Assembly: GCA_049966915.1 (NCBI GenBank)
Contig: JBMFTS010000001.1
Span: 1-37,433, forward strand
Reading direction: 5' to 3'
DNA length: 37,433 nucleotides
Origin: Candidatus Micrarchaeia archaeon
GTDB lineage: Archaea > Micrarchaeota > Micrarchaeia > Micrarchaeales > CABMGC01
Made by a program: the position numbers and the translations under genes
In this document: piece by piece, positions 25,560-33,972 of the stretch
Position numbering within the stretch: the stretch's first letter is position 1
How the letters are laid out: each line of letters opens with the position of its first letter
Notes under the pieces: generated by a model
What the model saw: only the letters and a program-made list of their open reading frames with translations
The model's database searches: none
What the model was told of the DNA's origin: nothing

Positions 25560-25863
25560 GCAACAAACCTTTCTTTTAGCGCATAAATAAAGCCATCTAT
25601 GCCCTCTTTAATTTTTATCTTTTTTGCCTTCTTCAAAAGCCCTATTTGTAGCGCATATGCGCTTCTACTATTTTTATGGCTCTTGCATGAAAAATATTGC
25701 CAAACAAAGCTTATTAGGCTTGCATGAAAAACTGCGGAAAGCGGCGGCAGCCGTGTGCGCACGGCAACAGGCCCATTGCCTCACCGGCGCGTAACGTAGT
25801 CTATTTTCGAACCCCAACGATGTTTTTTTAAACGTTTCGGTTCAAGTATAATTCAGTGATAAG

Positions 25864-26229
25864 ATGGCAAAACAAACGCAGAACTGGGGAGCATTCGTTC
25901 TCGAGTTCCTTGGCAGTTTGGCATATCTGTACGTGGCATTCGCTAGCGGCTTGCTGGCTCTGTCAAGCGGAGTCTTTGGAGGCAGTGCATCGCTCTGGTT
26001 GCCGTTCTTCTTAGGTGCGGCGGCTATCGGCAGCATAGCATTGTTCTTCATAAGCTTCGGCAACTTGCTGAATTGGAACAGCAAGAGCCTGGCAAGGGGC
26101 GCGATGTGCGCAACTGTGGCAGCGGGGTTCGCGCTAACAGTACTTGTATGGACCAGCACGAGCTATCTTGCTGTGGCAGTAGTGGGCTTCATACTGGCCT
26201 TCATAGGCAGCGGACTTGGATACAAATAA
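25864..26229 (+). CDS. Hypothetical small membrane protein (about 4 TM)
   Basis: It is a 121-aa ORF that is hydrophobic throughout, and a strong T-rich tract follows it. Confidence 0.5.
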   Translation: MAKQTQNWGAFVLEFLGSLAYLYVAFASGLLALSSGVFGGSASLWLPFFLGAAAIGSIALFFISFGNLLNWNSKSLARGAMCATVAAGFALTVLVWTSTSYLAVAVVGFILAFIGSGLGYK

Positions 26230-26260
26230 CCAGTAGCAAACACACAGCAAATGTTCCGGC

Positions 26261-26317
26261 TTAGTTTTAGTTTTCTTTTTCTTTTCTTTTTCTATTCCTG
26301 TTTTTGTTCATGTTTTC
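26261..26317 (+). terminator. Oligo-T/pyrimidine-rich terminator tract
   Basis: The tract ttagttttagttttctttttcttttctttttctattcctgtttttgttcatgttttc starts about 30 nt after the stop at 26229. Archaeal termination uses oligo-T runs. Confidence 0.6.
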
Positions 26318-26343
26318 AAGCCAGCGGCGTGCGCTGCGATATG

Positions 26344-26353
26344 TATTTAAATA
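26344..26353 (+). promoter_or_regulatory. Palindromic TATA box (TATTTAAATA) for the regulator-suf operon
   Basis: It is a perfect 10-bp AT palindrome, with a 5-bp inverted repeat (CAGCG-n5-CGCTG, 26322..26336) just upstream and a GCATGC palindrome just downstream. Confidence 0.45.
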
Positions 26354-26394
26354 CAAGCATGCCTAATTATAACAGAGTTATAAAAGGTGTTGCG

Positions 26395-26751
26395 TTGCCT
26401 AGCAAATTTGAAAGCGTGTCTGACAATCTGTTGCCTGTGATAAGGCTCGAGGTCTCGAACGAACTCAGGAGAAAGTACAAGATGAAAGAGCGCGACATAG
26501 CAGAAAGGCTTGGCATAACACAAGCAGCAGTAAGCAAATACCTCAGCGGCAAATCTAAAACAATAGCCAACAAGGCAAGGCAACTGCGTGAACGCATAGA
26601 AGCTAACAGGGAGGCGCTTCATGCATATGCAGAAAGCCTCTCGCGCGGCGATAACGCAGCTGGCGCCTTTTGCGAACTGTGCCAGAGTTTTGGCGGATTT
26701 TCGTGCGCACTGGCAAGCGCACGCGCACAAGCTCGGGCAATGCGGCACTAA
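26395..26751 (+). CDS. XRE/COG2522-like HTH transcriptional regulator with C-terminal Cys motif
   Basis: It has an HTH (ERDIAERLGITQAAVSKYLSGK) and a C-terminal C-x2-C-x7-C motif (FCELCQSFGGFSC). TTG 26395 has AGGTG 6 nt upstream and lies downstream of the TATA box. ATG 26341 and ATG 26359 are alternative starts. The ORF-track start at 26251 translates the terminator tract. Confidence 0.65.
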   Translation: MPSKFESVSDNLLPVIRLEVSNELRRKYKMKERDIAERLGITQAAVSKYLSGKSKTIANKARQLRERIEANREALHAYAESLSRGDNAAGAFCELCQSFGGFSCALASARAQARAMRH

Positions 26752-26765
26752 ATCGCGTGAGCACG

Positions 26766-28184
26766 ATGCAAAACGACATTGCTTCCGACGCTTCGAAATT
26801 AATAGAAGACGACTACGCCAGCAAATACGGCTTCGTCACTAAGACGCAGTATTTGCAGTTTGACAAAGGCATCAGCGAGGAAACAGTAAAAAAGATATCA
26901 ATGGCAAAGGGAGAGCCCGAATGGGTGCTTGCAAAAAGGCTGGCCGGCTACAAGCTTTTCAAGGAAAAGCCAATGCCCAAGTGGGGGCCTGATCTTAGCA
27001 GGATAAATTTTGACGACATATACTATTACAAAGCCCCAAACGCCACGAAGAGCGGCAACTGGGAGGACGTGCCTATCGAGATAAAGCAGACGTTCGAAAA
27101 GCTGGGCATACCGGAAGCAGAACAAAAATTCTTTGCAGGAGTTGAAGCGCAATTCGATTCAAGCGTAGTATACGAGCACGCAAAAGAGCAGCTGACAAGC
27201 CAGGGAGTGATTTTTGTTGATACAGATACAGCCGTGAAGCAATATCCGGAACTTGTAAAGAAGTATTTTGGCACCGTTATACCGCCCAGCGACAACAAGT
27301 TTGCGGCGCTAAACACCGCGGTGTGGAGCGGCGGCTCCTTCATATACGTGCCAAAAGGTGTCAATGTGCAAATACCGCTCAATGCGTACTTCAGGATAAA
27401 TGCAGAGAGCATGGGCCAATTTGAACGCACGCTGATAGTGGCAGACGAGGGCGCAAGCGTAACTTACGAAGAAGGCTGCACAGCTCCGATATATTCCAAG
27501 GATTCGCTACATGCAGCAGTGGTAGAAATAGTTGCGCACAAGAATGCCCATGTAAAATACATAACTGTGCAAAACTGGGCCAAGAACATATACAATCTGG
27601 TAACGCAAAGAGCGCACGCCGATGAAGGTGCAAGAGTGGAGTGGCTCGATGTAAACATAGGCAGCAAGATAAACATGAAATACCCTAGCATTTTCCTGAA
27701 AGGCAAAGGGGCAAGCGGCGAGGTGGTCTCTGTGGCAATAGCAGGAGACGGCCAGATTCTAGATTCAGGGGGCAAGATATACCACTTGGCGCCTGACACC
27801 ACCTCTAGGTTGGTCTCGAAGAGCGTCTCTAAAGGCACGGGCACTACTATATTCAGGGGCTTGGTGCACATAGCAGACAACGCGGCAAAGGCCAGAACTA
27901 GCACGTCGTGCGACACGCTGCTGCTTGACGACGAAACAAGAACCAACACATACCCGTATCTAGAAAACAGGCGCAACGACGCCGCGGTCACGCACGAGGC
28001 GAAGGTCGGCAAGATAAACGAAAAGACGCTTTTCTACATGATGAGCCGCGGGCTTAGCGAAAGCGACGCCATAACAGCAACCATAATGGGCTTCATAAAA
28101 GACGTGGCAGGAGAGCTGCCAATTGAGTACGCTCTAGAACTTAAGCGACTTATAAAAATAGACATGACAGGGTCTGTAGGCTAA
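26766..28184 (+). CDS. sufB: Fe-S cluster assembly scaffold SufB
   Basis: The conserved SufB C-terminal region is present (HEAKVGKINEKTLFYMMSRGLSESDA). I use the internal ATG 26766, 14 nt after the regulator stop. Confidence 0.9.
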   Translation: MQNDIASDASKLIEDDYASKYGFVTKTQYLQFDKGISEETVKKISMAKGEPEWVLAKRLAGYKLFKEKPMPKWGPDLSRINFDDIYYYKAPNATKSGNWEDVPIEIKQTFEKLGIPEAEQKFFAGVEAQFDSSVVYEHAKEQLTSQGVIFVDTDTAVKQYPELVKKYFGTVIPPSDNKFAALNTAVWSGGSFIYVPKGVNVQIPLNAYFRINAESMGQFERTLIVADEGASVTYEEGCTAPIYSKDSLHAAVVEIVAHKNAHVKYITVQNWAKNIYNLVTQRAHADEGARVEWLDVNIGSKINMKYPSIFLKGKGASGEVVSVAIAGDGQILDSGGKIYHLAPDTTSRLVSKSVSKGTGTTIFRGLVHIADNAAKARTSTSCDTLLLDDETRTNTYPYLENRRNDAAVTHEAKVGKINEKTLFYMMSRGLSESDAITATIMGFIKDVAGELPIEYALELKRLIKIDMTGSVG

Positions 28185-28195
28185 AAGGAATCGGC

Positions 28196-29377
28196 ATGAC
28201 GCAAGGAATCTTTGACGGATTCGAAGAGCTCATTGCGAGCAGGCGCGAGCTGTACAAGCATTATGACACGAAGGTGCGCATTGCATTGCCAGAAAGCGCG
28301 AAAATGGACTCAAACATCACAGAACTAAAATACAAAATAGAGCAGGGCACAGGCATAAGGTTCGATGCTGCTCTGTTAGGCGAGCATTCCGAAGCAAGCT
28401 CTGACCAAATGCGCGTGTCTCACAGACAGCGCGCCACTGGCAGATTGCCCGAACAAGGCCTTGATGAAACTGCAATGGCTGATTTCGTGCTTGAAAACTA
28501 TACCGACAAGCTGACAATAAGCGTGCCAGACGGCACTGATCTGCTTGCGAACGTGCTTGTCGCTGCGGATCTGAGCGCAATGCCGTATATTGAGATAAGC
28601 GTAGGCAACGGCTCTAGGCTTGAACTGCTCGAATGGTTTGCGTCAAGCGGCGCGGACATGGCGCCTTTGCAAATTGTGCACGTAGGAACCGGCGCGAAAG
28701 CAGACATAAGCATTGTGCATAACGAAACCGAGACTGCACACGTTTACATGATATCAAGCGCCGTGACAGGCGCCGACTCCGAGCTGTGCATTAATTCTGC
28801 CTATGCCGGCGCTGCCGAAACGAAGTCTGCAACGTTTGCCGAAGCAGACGGCGCTAGAAGCGCAATACGCCTGAACAGCATAATCGTCGGCAGCGGCATG
28901 CAGTCTTTTGACATAAGCGCAGTAACACGCAATATCGGCAGGGAAACGCGCACCGAGGCAAAAACGGGATCGGTACTTTTTGATAAAGCCAAGTGCACAA
29001 CAAAGGACTTCGCAAAAGTCGACAAGGTAGCAGAAGGCGCATACACTTATGTTGAAGAACGGGGGCTGCTTCTCGGAGAGGCTTCACGCTTCACGCCCTT
29101 GCCGGACATGTCTATAGACACGCGCAACGTGTCCTTTGCTTCGCATAGCGCGTCTTCGACGCCCATAGACGAAAAGCAGGCATTCTACATGATGTCCAGG
29201 GGGCTGGAGCACAGTGAAGCCGTGCATTCGCTCGCTATTGCCTTTTTGATGAAATACCTATCTGGAATTAGCAGCGCAACCGCAAAAGAAATAGCGGCAA
29301 GCATTGCGAGGAACAAGATAATTGCAGGAAATGTTTCTGAGGTTCCGGAATTGAGCGCCGCAAAAATATGGCAATGA
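28196..29377 (+). CDS. sufD: Fe-S cluster assembly protein SufD
   Basis: It is a SufB paralog with the SufD-type C-terminus (ASHSASSTPIDEKQAFYMMSRGLEHSEA). Confidence 0.8.
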   Translation: MTQGIFDGFEELIASRRELYKHYDTKVRIALPESAKMDSNITELKYKIEQGTGIRFDAALLGEHSEASSDQMRVSHRQRATGRLPEQGLDETAMADFVLENYTDKLTISVPDGTDLLANVLVAADLSAMPYIEISVGNGSRLELLEWFASSGADMAPLQIVHVGTGAKADISIVHNETETAHVYMISSAVTGADSELCINSAYAGAAETKSATFAEADGARSAIRLNSIIVGSGMQSFDISAVTRNIGRETRTEAKTGSVLFDKAKCTTKDFAKVDKVAEGAYTYVEERGLLLGEASRFTPLPDMSIDTRNVSFASHSASSTPIDEKQAFYMMSRGLEHSEAVHSLAIAFLMKYLSGISSATAKEIAASIARNKIIAGNVSEVPELSAAKIWQ

Positions 29378-29390
29378 AAAGGTGCAAAAC

Positions 29391-30116
29391 ATGCGTCTTG
29401 ACATAGTAGACCTTCATGTAAGTGCTGATGACAAGGAAATAATAAGAGGGGTAAGCCTCAGCATAAAATCCGGCGAATTTCACGTACTGATGGGGCCCAA
29501 CGGCTCTGGCAAGAGCACGCTTTCCATGGCAGTAATGGGCTATCCCGAATTCAAAATAACCGGGGGAGACATACTTGTAGATGGCAACAGCATAGTGAAA
29601 CTGCCTGCAAACGAAAGGGCAAGGCTCGGCTTATTCATGCAGTTCCAGGATCCGGCAGAGATAGAGGGCGTAGGCCTCGTCAGCTTTTTGACAAGCGCAA
29701 AATCGGCCATTTACGACAGCAAGATAAATGTGAGGGAGTTCATGAACGAGCTCAAAGACAACGCCAAAAAGCTGCACATGCAGGAAGAAGTCATAGGCAG
29801 GCCGCTCAATTTCGGGTTCTCTGGCGGGGAGAAAAAGAAAAGCGAGATATTGCAGATGCTTACGCTTAAGCCAAAGATAGCGCTCCTTGACGAGCCCGAC
29901 TCTGGGCTGGACGTCGATGCTGTGAAAGACGTTGCAAACGCGATAGACTCTTTCGGCAAGGAAACCGGCGCAGGCATGCTGCTGATAACGCACTATGTCC
30001 GCATACTCAAATACCTGGCGCCTCAGTTCGTACATGTCCTCGTTGACGGCAAGCTCGTAAAGAGCGGCGGACCTGAACTCGCCGATTACATAGACAAAAA
30101 CGGCTATAAGTTTTGA
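29391..30116 (+). CDS. sufC: Fe-S cluster assembly ATPase SufC
   Basis: It has Walker A (GPNGSGKST), signature (FSGGEKKK) and Walker B (IALLDEPDSGLD) motifs. ATG 29391 has AGGTG 6 nt upstream. Confidence 0.9.
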   Translation: MRLDIVDLHVSADDKEIIRGVSLSIKSGEFHVLMGPNGSGKSTLSMAVMGYPEFKITGGDILVDGNSIVKLPANERARLGLFMQFQDPAEIEGVGLVSFLTSAKSAIYDSKINVREFMNELKDNAKKLHMQEEVIGRPLNFGFSGGEKKKSEILQMLTLKPKIALLDEPDSGLDVDAVKDVANAIDSFGKETGAGMLLITHYVRILKYLAPQFVHVLVDGKLVKSGGPELADYIDKNGYKF

Positions 30117-31378
30117 TGCTGAATAAATCAAACAATGGTGCGCCAATGGACGTAGACAAGATACGCGAAGACTTTCCAATCTTAGGCACAAGCATGAACG
30201 GCAAGCCGCTCGTGTACTTGGACAGCGCGGCAACCTCGCAAAAGCCTGTGCAGGTAATAAACGCAGTAAGCGAATACTACAAGACGTTCAACGCCAACAT
30301 ACACCGCGGCATATACAAAATATCTGAAGAGGCAACAGAAGCCTACACGCATTCTAAGGAGCTTGTTGCTAATTTCGTTGGCGCGAAATCTTATCGCAGC
30401 ATAGTCTATTACAGGAGCACGACGGAAGCGATAAACATTTTGGCGAGGTCTTGGGGCGAGCAAAACATAGCCAAAGGCGACCACATACTCATAACAGAGA
30501 TGGAGCACCATAGCAACCTCGTGCCCTGGCAGATGCTTGCAAAAAGAAAGGGCGCGGTGCTGGACTACGTAAAGCTCAAAGACAACAAGTACGTAGACAT
30601 TGAAGACCTGAAAAGCAAACTTGAGCTCAAGCCCAAGATCTTTGCCTTCACGCACGTATCGAACGTGCTCGGCACAATAAACGACGCGGAGCTGTTTGTA
30701 AAGATGGCGCACGACGCAGGGGCCATTGCCGCGGTGGACATGGCGCAGTCGGCGCCGCACATGAAGCTTGATCTTAGGAAAATCGATTGCGATTTCGCCG
30801 CGTTTTCAGCGCACAAAATGCTTGGGCCTTCCGGCGTAGGCGTGCTCTACGGCAAGGAAGACATGCTTGAAAAAATGGAGCCAGTGCTTGGCGGCGGCGA
30901 CATGATACGCACAGTGGACTTCTATTCGTGCACGTGGAACGAGCTGCCGTGGAAATTCGAAGCGGGCACACAGAACATAGAGGGTGCGATAGGCTTTGCG
31001 GCTGCGATAGAATACCTCAACAAGACGGGCATGCAGGAAATAAGAGCGCACGAGAAATCGCTGACAAAATATGCGCTCGCTAGGCTTGAAGAAGCCGGTG
31101 TCGAGACGTTCGGCCCCGGAAAAGACGACATGGACCACAAAGCTGGCGTAATATCGTTCGCAGTAAAGGGCATACACGCGCACGACATTGCGCAGGTATT
31201 CGACAGCGAGGGCATAGCAATAAGGTCAGGACACCATTGCGCAATGCCGCTTGTAAACCGATTGCTGGACGAGCCCGCAGTGGCAAGGATGAGCTTCTAT
31301 CTTTACAACAAGCAGGAAGAAGTAGACAAAGCCATAGAAGCAATAGGCAAGGCCAGAAAGCTCTTTTCCAAGAGCTAG
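30116..31378 (+). CDS. sufS: Cysteine desulfurase, SufS type (class V aminotransferase)
   Basis: It has DFPIL...YLDSAATSQKP, the PLP Lys context (FSAHKMLGPSG) and an active-site Cys loop (RSGHHCA). Its start overlaps the sufC stop (TGATG). Confidence 0.9.
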   Translation: MLNKSNNGAPMDVDKIREDFPILGTSMNGKPLVYLDSAATSQKPVQVINAVSEYYKTFNANIHRGIYKISEEATEAYTHSKELVANFVGAKSYRSIVYYRSTTEAINILARSWGEQNIAKGDHILITEMEHHSNLVPWQMLAKRKGAVLDYVKLKDNKYVDIEDLKSKLELKPKIFAFTHVSNVLGTINDAELFVKMAHDAGAIAAVDMAQSAPHMKLDLRKIDCDFAAFSAHKMLGPSGVGVLYGKEDMLEKMEPVLGGGDMIRTVDFYSCTWNELPWKFEAGTQNIEGAIGFAAAIEYLNKTGMQEIRAHEKSLTKYALARLEEAGVETFGPGKDDMDHKAGVISFAVKGIHAHDIAQVFDSEGIAIRSGHHCAMPLVNRLLDEPAVARMSFYLYNKQEEVDKAIEAIGKARKLFSKS

Positions 31379-31506
31379 CCTCACGCACTGCGTTAGGCAA
31401 ATCCGTGTAAAAGTAGAACAGGATAAGAACTAATAAACATTATAAACATTGCCGATAAATACTGAATAATTCAACAGGCGATAAAACGGAAAGAATCAAA
31501 TGGGCA

Positions 31507-31902
31507 ATGGTGCTGTTCCTGATAGGCGGCATACTTGTAATAGCGGATTCGGTCATGGCATACTACAGTGTCTCTCTGCTCGAAAGCAGCTTGAAAAATC
31601 CCAACGTAACCGCGCACATGAACCTAAACCTGAGCGCAATAACCGAAATCAAAAACCTCGGGCCGGTGCTGTTATCGCTTTCAATAGTTGGCGCAATTGC
31701 AGGCCTTGTCCTGCTGCTTGTGGCATACATGCTCCACAAAAAACCGCAGAGCGCAAAAACATGGGCAATAATAGGCATAATATTCTCGCTCGTCAGCTTT
31801 GCTGGCAACGGCGGCTTCATAATAGGCATGATTCTGGGCATAGTGGCAGGAGTGCTAGCACTCACGAAACAGCCGATAACGCAGCAAATCAAAAAGGCGT
31901 GA
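31507..31902 (+). CDS. Hypothetical small membrane protein (about 4 TM)
   Basis: It is a 131-aa hydrophobic ORF. The overlapping 155-aa ORF in another frame is Arg/His-rich and rejected. Confidence 0.5.
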   Translation: MVLFLIGGILVIADSVMAYYSVSLLESSLKNPNVTAHMNLNLSAITEIKNLGPVLLSLSIVGAIAGLVLLLVAYMLHKKPQSAKTWAIIGIIFSLVSFAGNGGFIIGMILGIVAGVLALTKQPITQQIKKA

Positions 31903-32005
31903 AACACAGCGCCAATGCTGCGCTTCTCACACCGCTGCGTGCAATGCCGGCACATGTTGGAAAGTAATAAAAATCGGAAATGCGTATGCATAGCCGGCTG
32001 TAAGC

Positions 32006-33781
32006 ATGCTCTTTGACGAAGTTGCAAAATACTACGAAAAGCTCGAGGCGACATCATCAAGGCTCGCAATGGTAAATACGCTTGCCGAGATGCTAGGCAA
32101 AGCTCGCAAAGACGAGATAAAGCAGCTTGTTTACATGACGCAGGGCACGCTCGCCCCGCCCTTCGAGGGCGTAGAGATAGGCATAGCAGAAAAGCTGGCC
32201 GAAGAGGCGCTTGCTATTGCAACAGGCAGTTCCAAGGAAGAGATAGCGGCAAGCTTCAGGAAAACTGGCGATCTGGGCATAACGGCGGAGCAACTGGTGC
32301 AGAACACAAAGCTCAAGCGCATGAACAGGAACAAGTTCGAAGTAAACGATGTATTTGAAACAATGAAGAAAATTGCAGGCACAAGCGGCGAAGGCAGCAA
32401 GGAAATGAAAATAAAGGCGCTCGCAAACATGCTTGCTGGCGCCAGCCCCTCGGAAGCAAAGTACATAGTAAGGTTTGCGCTTGGCGAATTGCGCCTTGGC
32501 GTAGGCGACGCCACCATTCTGGAAGCGCTGTCAAAGGTGTCAACCGGCGGCAGGGAGTTCAAGGAAAAGCTTGAAAACGCGTACAACATATGCAGCGACC
32601 TTGGCATGATAAGCGACATTCTTGTCAACAGCGGCCCGCAGGCGATAGATAACTTCAAAGTCTCGCTGTTCAGGCCCATAAGGCCGGCTCTCGCTGAGCG
32701 CCTGCCCACTTCGGAAGAGATACTGGAGCGCATGGGCGGCAAGTGCGCCGTAGAGAGCAAGTACGACGGACTGAGGGCGCAAGTTCATGTGAACAAGAAA
32801 ACCAAGCGCGTCGAAATATTTTCCAGAAGGCTAGAACGCCTCACCGATATGTTTCCTGAAATAGTGGAAGCGGCACTCAAGGAAACGAAGGGCAGCGAGC
32901 TCATTTTTGAAGGCGAAGCCATATCATACGACGATACCACCGGGCAGTTCAGACCTTTTCAGGAAACAATCCAGAGGAAGCGCAAGCACGAGGTAAAGGA
33001 GATGAGCGAGGAGATGCCTTTGCACCTCTTTGCTTTCGACCTCATGTACTGCGACGGAGAGGACTACTTGGACAAGCCGTACGCGGAGAGGCGAAAGAAA
33101 CTTGAAGAAGTAATAGAAGGCAAGGGCACCATAAGGCTATCGGATCGCATCATAGCCACTTCGGCAAAAGAAATAGACCAGTACTTCGAGGACGTAGTGT
33201 CAAATGGACTGGAAGGCATAGTCGCCAAGGACCTTAACGCCAGATACATAGCAGGTGCAAGAAAATTCAGCTGGATAAAGATGAAAAGAAGCTACAAGGG
33301 CGAACTCAGCGACACGGTAGACCTTGTTATTGTCGGCTATTACACGGGCAAAGGCTCGCGCACCGAATTCGGACTCGGCGGCCTTCTGGGCGCAGTATAC
33401 AATGACAAAGAGGACGTTTTCGAAACAATAACAAAAATAGGCACTGGATTCACCGAGCAGATGATGCAAGACTTCAAGAAAATTCTTGACAAGATAAAGA
33501 CTCAGAAAAAACCGGCCAGGGTAAAGGCCATTGTGGAGCCGGATTTCTGGGTAGAGCCCAAGTATGTCATAACTGTAAAGGCTGACGAGATAACGAAGTC
33601 GCCCATGCACACCGCAGGAAGGCACCTCGAGAACGACATAGAGATAGGCTACGCGCTAAGGTTTCCAAGAATAGTCGGCGGAGGCATAAGGCAGGACAAA
33701 AGCGCAGAGGAGGCCACTACGACAAAGGAGATAATAGAGATGTTCAAGCAGCAGAGGAAGACAAAACTGTCAGAATCGTAA
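32006..33781 (+). CDS. lig: ATP-dependent DNA ligase (Lig1 type)
   Basis: It has adenylation motif I (ESKYDGLRAQ) and N-terminal DNA-binding, OB and adenylation domains in the usual order. It is 591 aa. Confidence 0.9.
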   Translation: MLFDEVAKYYEKLEATSSRLAMVNTLAEMLGKARKDEIKQLVYMTQGTLAPPFEGVEIGIAEKLAEEALAIATGSSKEEIAASFRKTGDLGITAEQLVQNTKLKRMNRNKFEVNDVFETMKKIAGTSGEGSKEMKIKALANMLAGASPSEAKYIVRFALGELRLGVGDATILEALSKVSTGGREFKEKLENAYNICSDLGMISDILVNSGPQAIDNFKVSLFRPIRPALAERLPTSEEILERMGGKCAVESKYDGLRAQVHVNKKTKRVEIFSRRLERLTDMFPEIVEAALKETKGSELIFEGEAISYDDTTGQFRPFQETIQRKRKHEVKEMSEEMPLHLFAFDLMYCDGEDYLDKPYAERRKKLEEVIEGKGTIRLSDRIIATSAKEIDQYFEDVVSNGLEGIVAKDLNARYIAGARKFSWIKMKRSYKGELSDTVDLVIVGYYTGKGSRTEFGLGGLLGAVYNDKEDVFETITKIGTGFTEQMMQDFKKILDKIKTQKKPARVKAIVEPDFWVEPKYVITVKADEITKSPMHTAGRHLENDIEIGYALRFPRIVGGGIRQDKSAEEATTTKEIIEMFKQQRKTKLSES

Positions 33782-33913
33782 GCGCATTTTTCAGATTTGC
33801 AACATAAAAATCAATGAAAGTTAAGTAAATAATTTTTATGCAGGTATATTGGCATATACTTTGCATGCGTTTTTTGCGTCAAAAAAGCTAACGTAAACTA
33901 TATGAAGAATAGA

Positions 33914-33930
33914 CAAAAGGTATTTAAATT
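33914..33930 (+). promoter_or_regulatory. BRE/TATA promoter for ftsZ pair
   Basis: The tract caaaaggTATTTAAAtt lies about 45 nt upstream of ATG 33973. Confidence 0.5.
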
Positions 33931-33972
33931 TAATTTCTGTATGACACATAGGTTTGGCGACCGGTGAGAAAA

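Noticed and set aside
24891-25586. A 231-aa plus-strand ORF opposite the GT4 glycosyltransferase.
   Set aside because: It overlaps the well-supported GT4 gene completely and has no motifs. It is a shadow ORF.
25556-25762. A 68-aa minus-strand ORF whose TGA overlaps the GT4 ATG (ATGA), suggesting translational coupling.
   Set aside because: It has a GTG start and a Lys-rich low-complexity tail, and it runs through the probable GT4 promoter (TTTATTTAT about 30 nt upstream of the ATG). The ATGA overlap arises by chance whenever the second codon starts with A. I keep it only as a remote possibility.
26251-26340. The N-terminal extension of the HTH regulator ORF (MFRLSFSFLFLFFFYSCFCSCF...), which could be read as a signal peptide or TM helix.
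   Set aside because: It is simply the translation of the T-rich terminator tract of the upstream gene. The TATA box lies downstream of it, so it cannot be part of the transcript-initial coding region.
26670-26765. The extended SufB start at 26670, which overlaps the regulator gene.
   Set aside because: The extension (MRTVPEFWRIFVRTGKRTRTSSGN...) is not SufB-like and overlaps the regulator's C-terminal Cys motif in another frame. ATG 26766 gives a canonical SufB N-terminus.
29631-30760. Minus-strand ORFs of 200 aa and 192 aa opposite sufC and sufS.
   Set aside because: They are antisense to conserved SUF genes and have an Arg/Tyr/Val/Cys-rich composition. They are shadow ORFs.
31500-31967. 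A 155-aa ORF (MGNGAVPDRRH...) overlapping the 131-aa membrane protein in another frame.
   Set aside because: It is Arg/His/Asn-rich with no hydrophobic core or motifs. The alternative frame gives a clean 4-TM protein.
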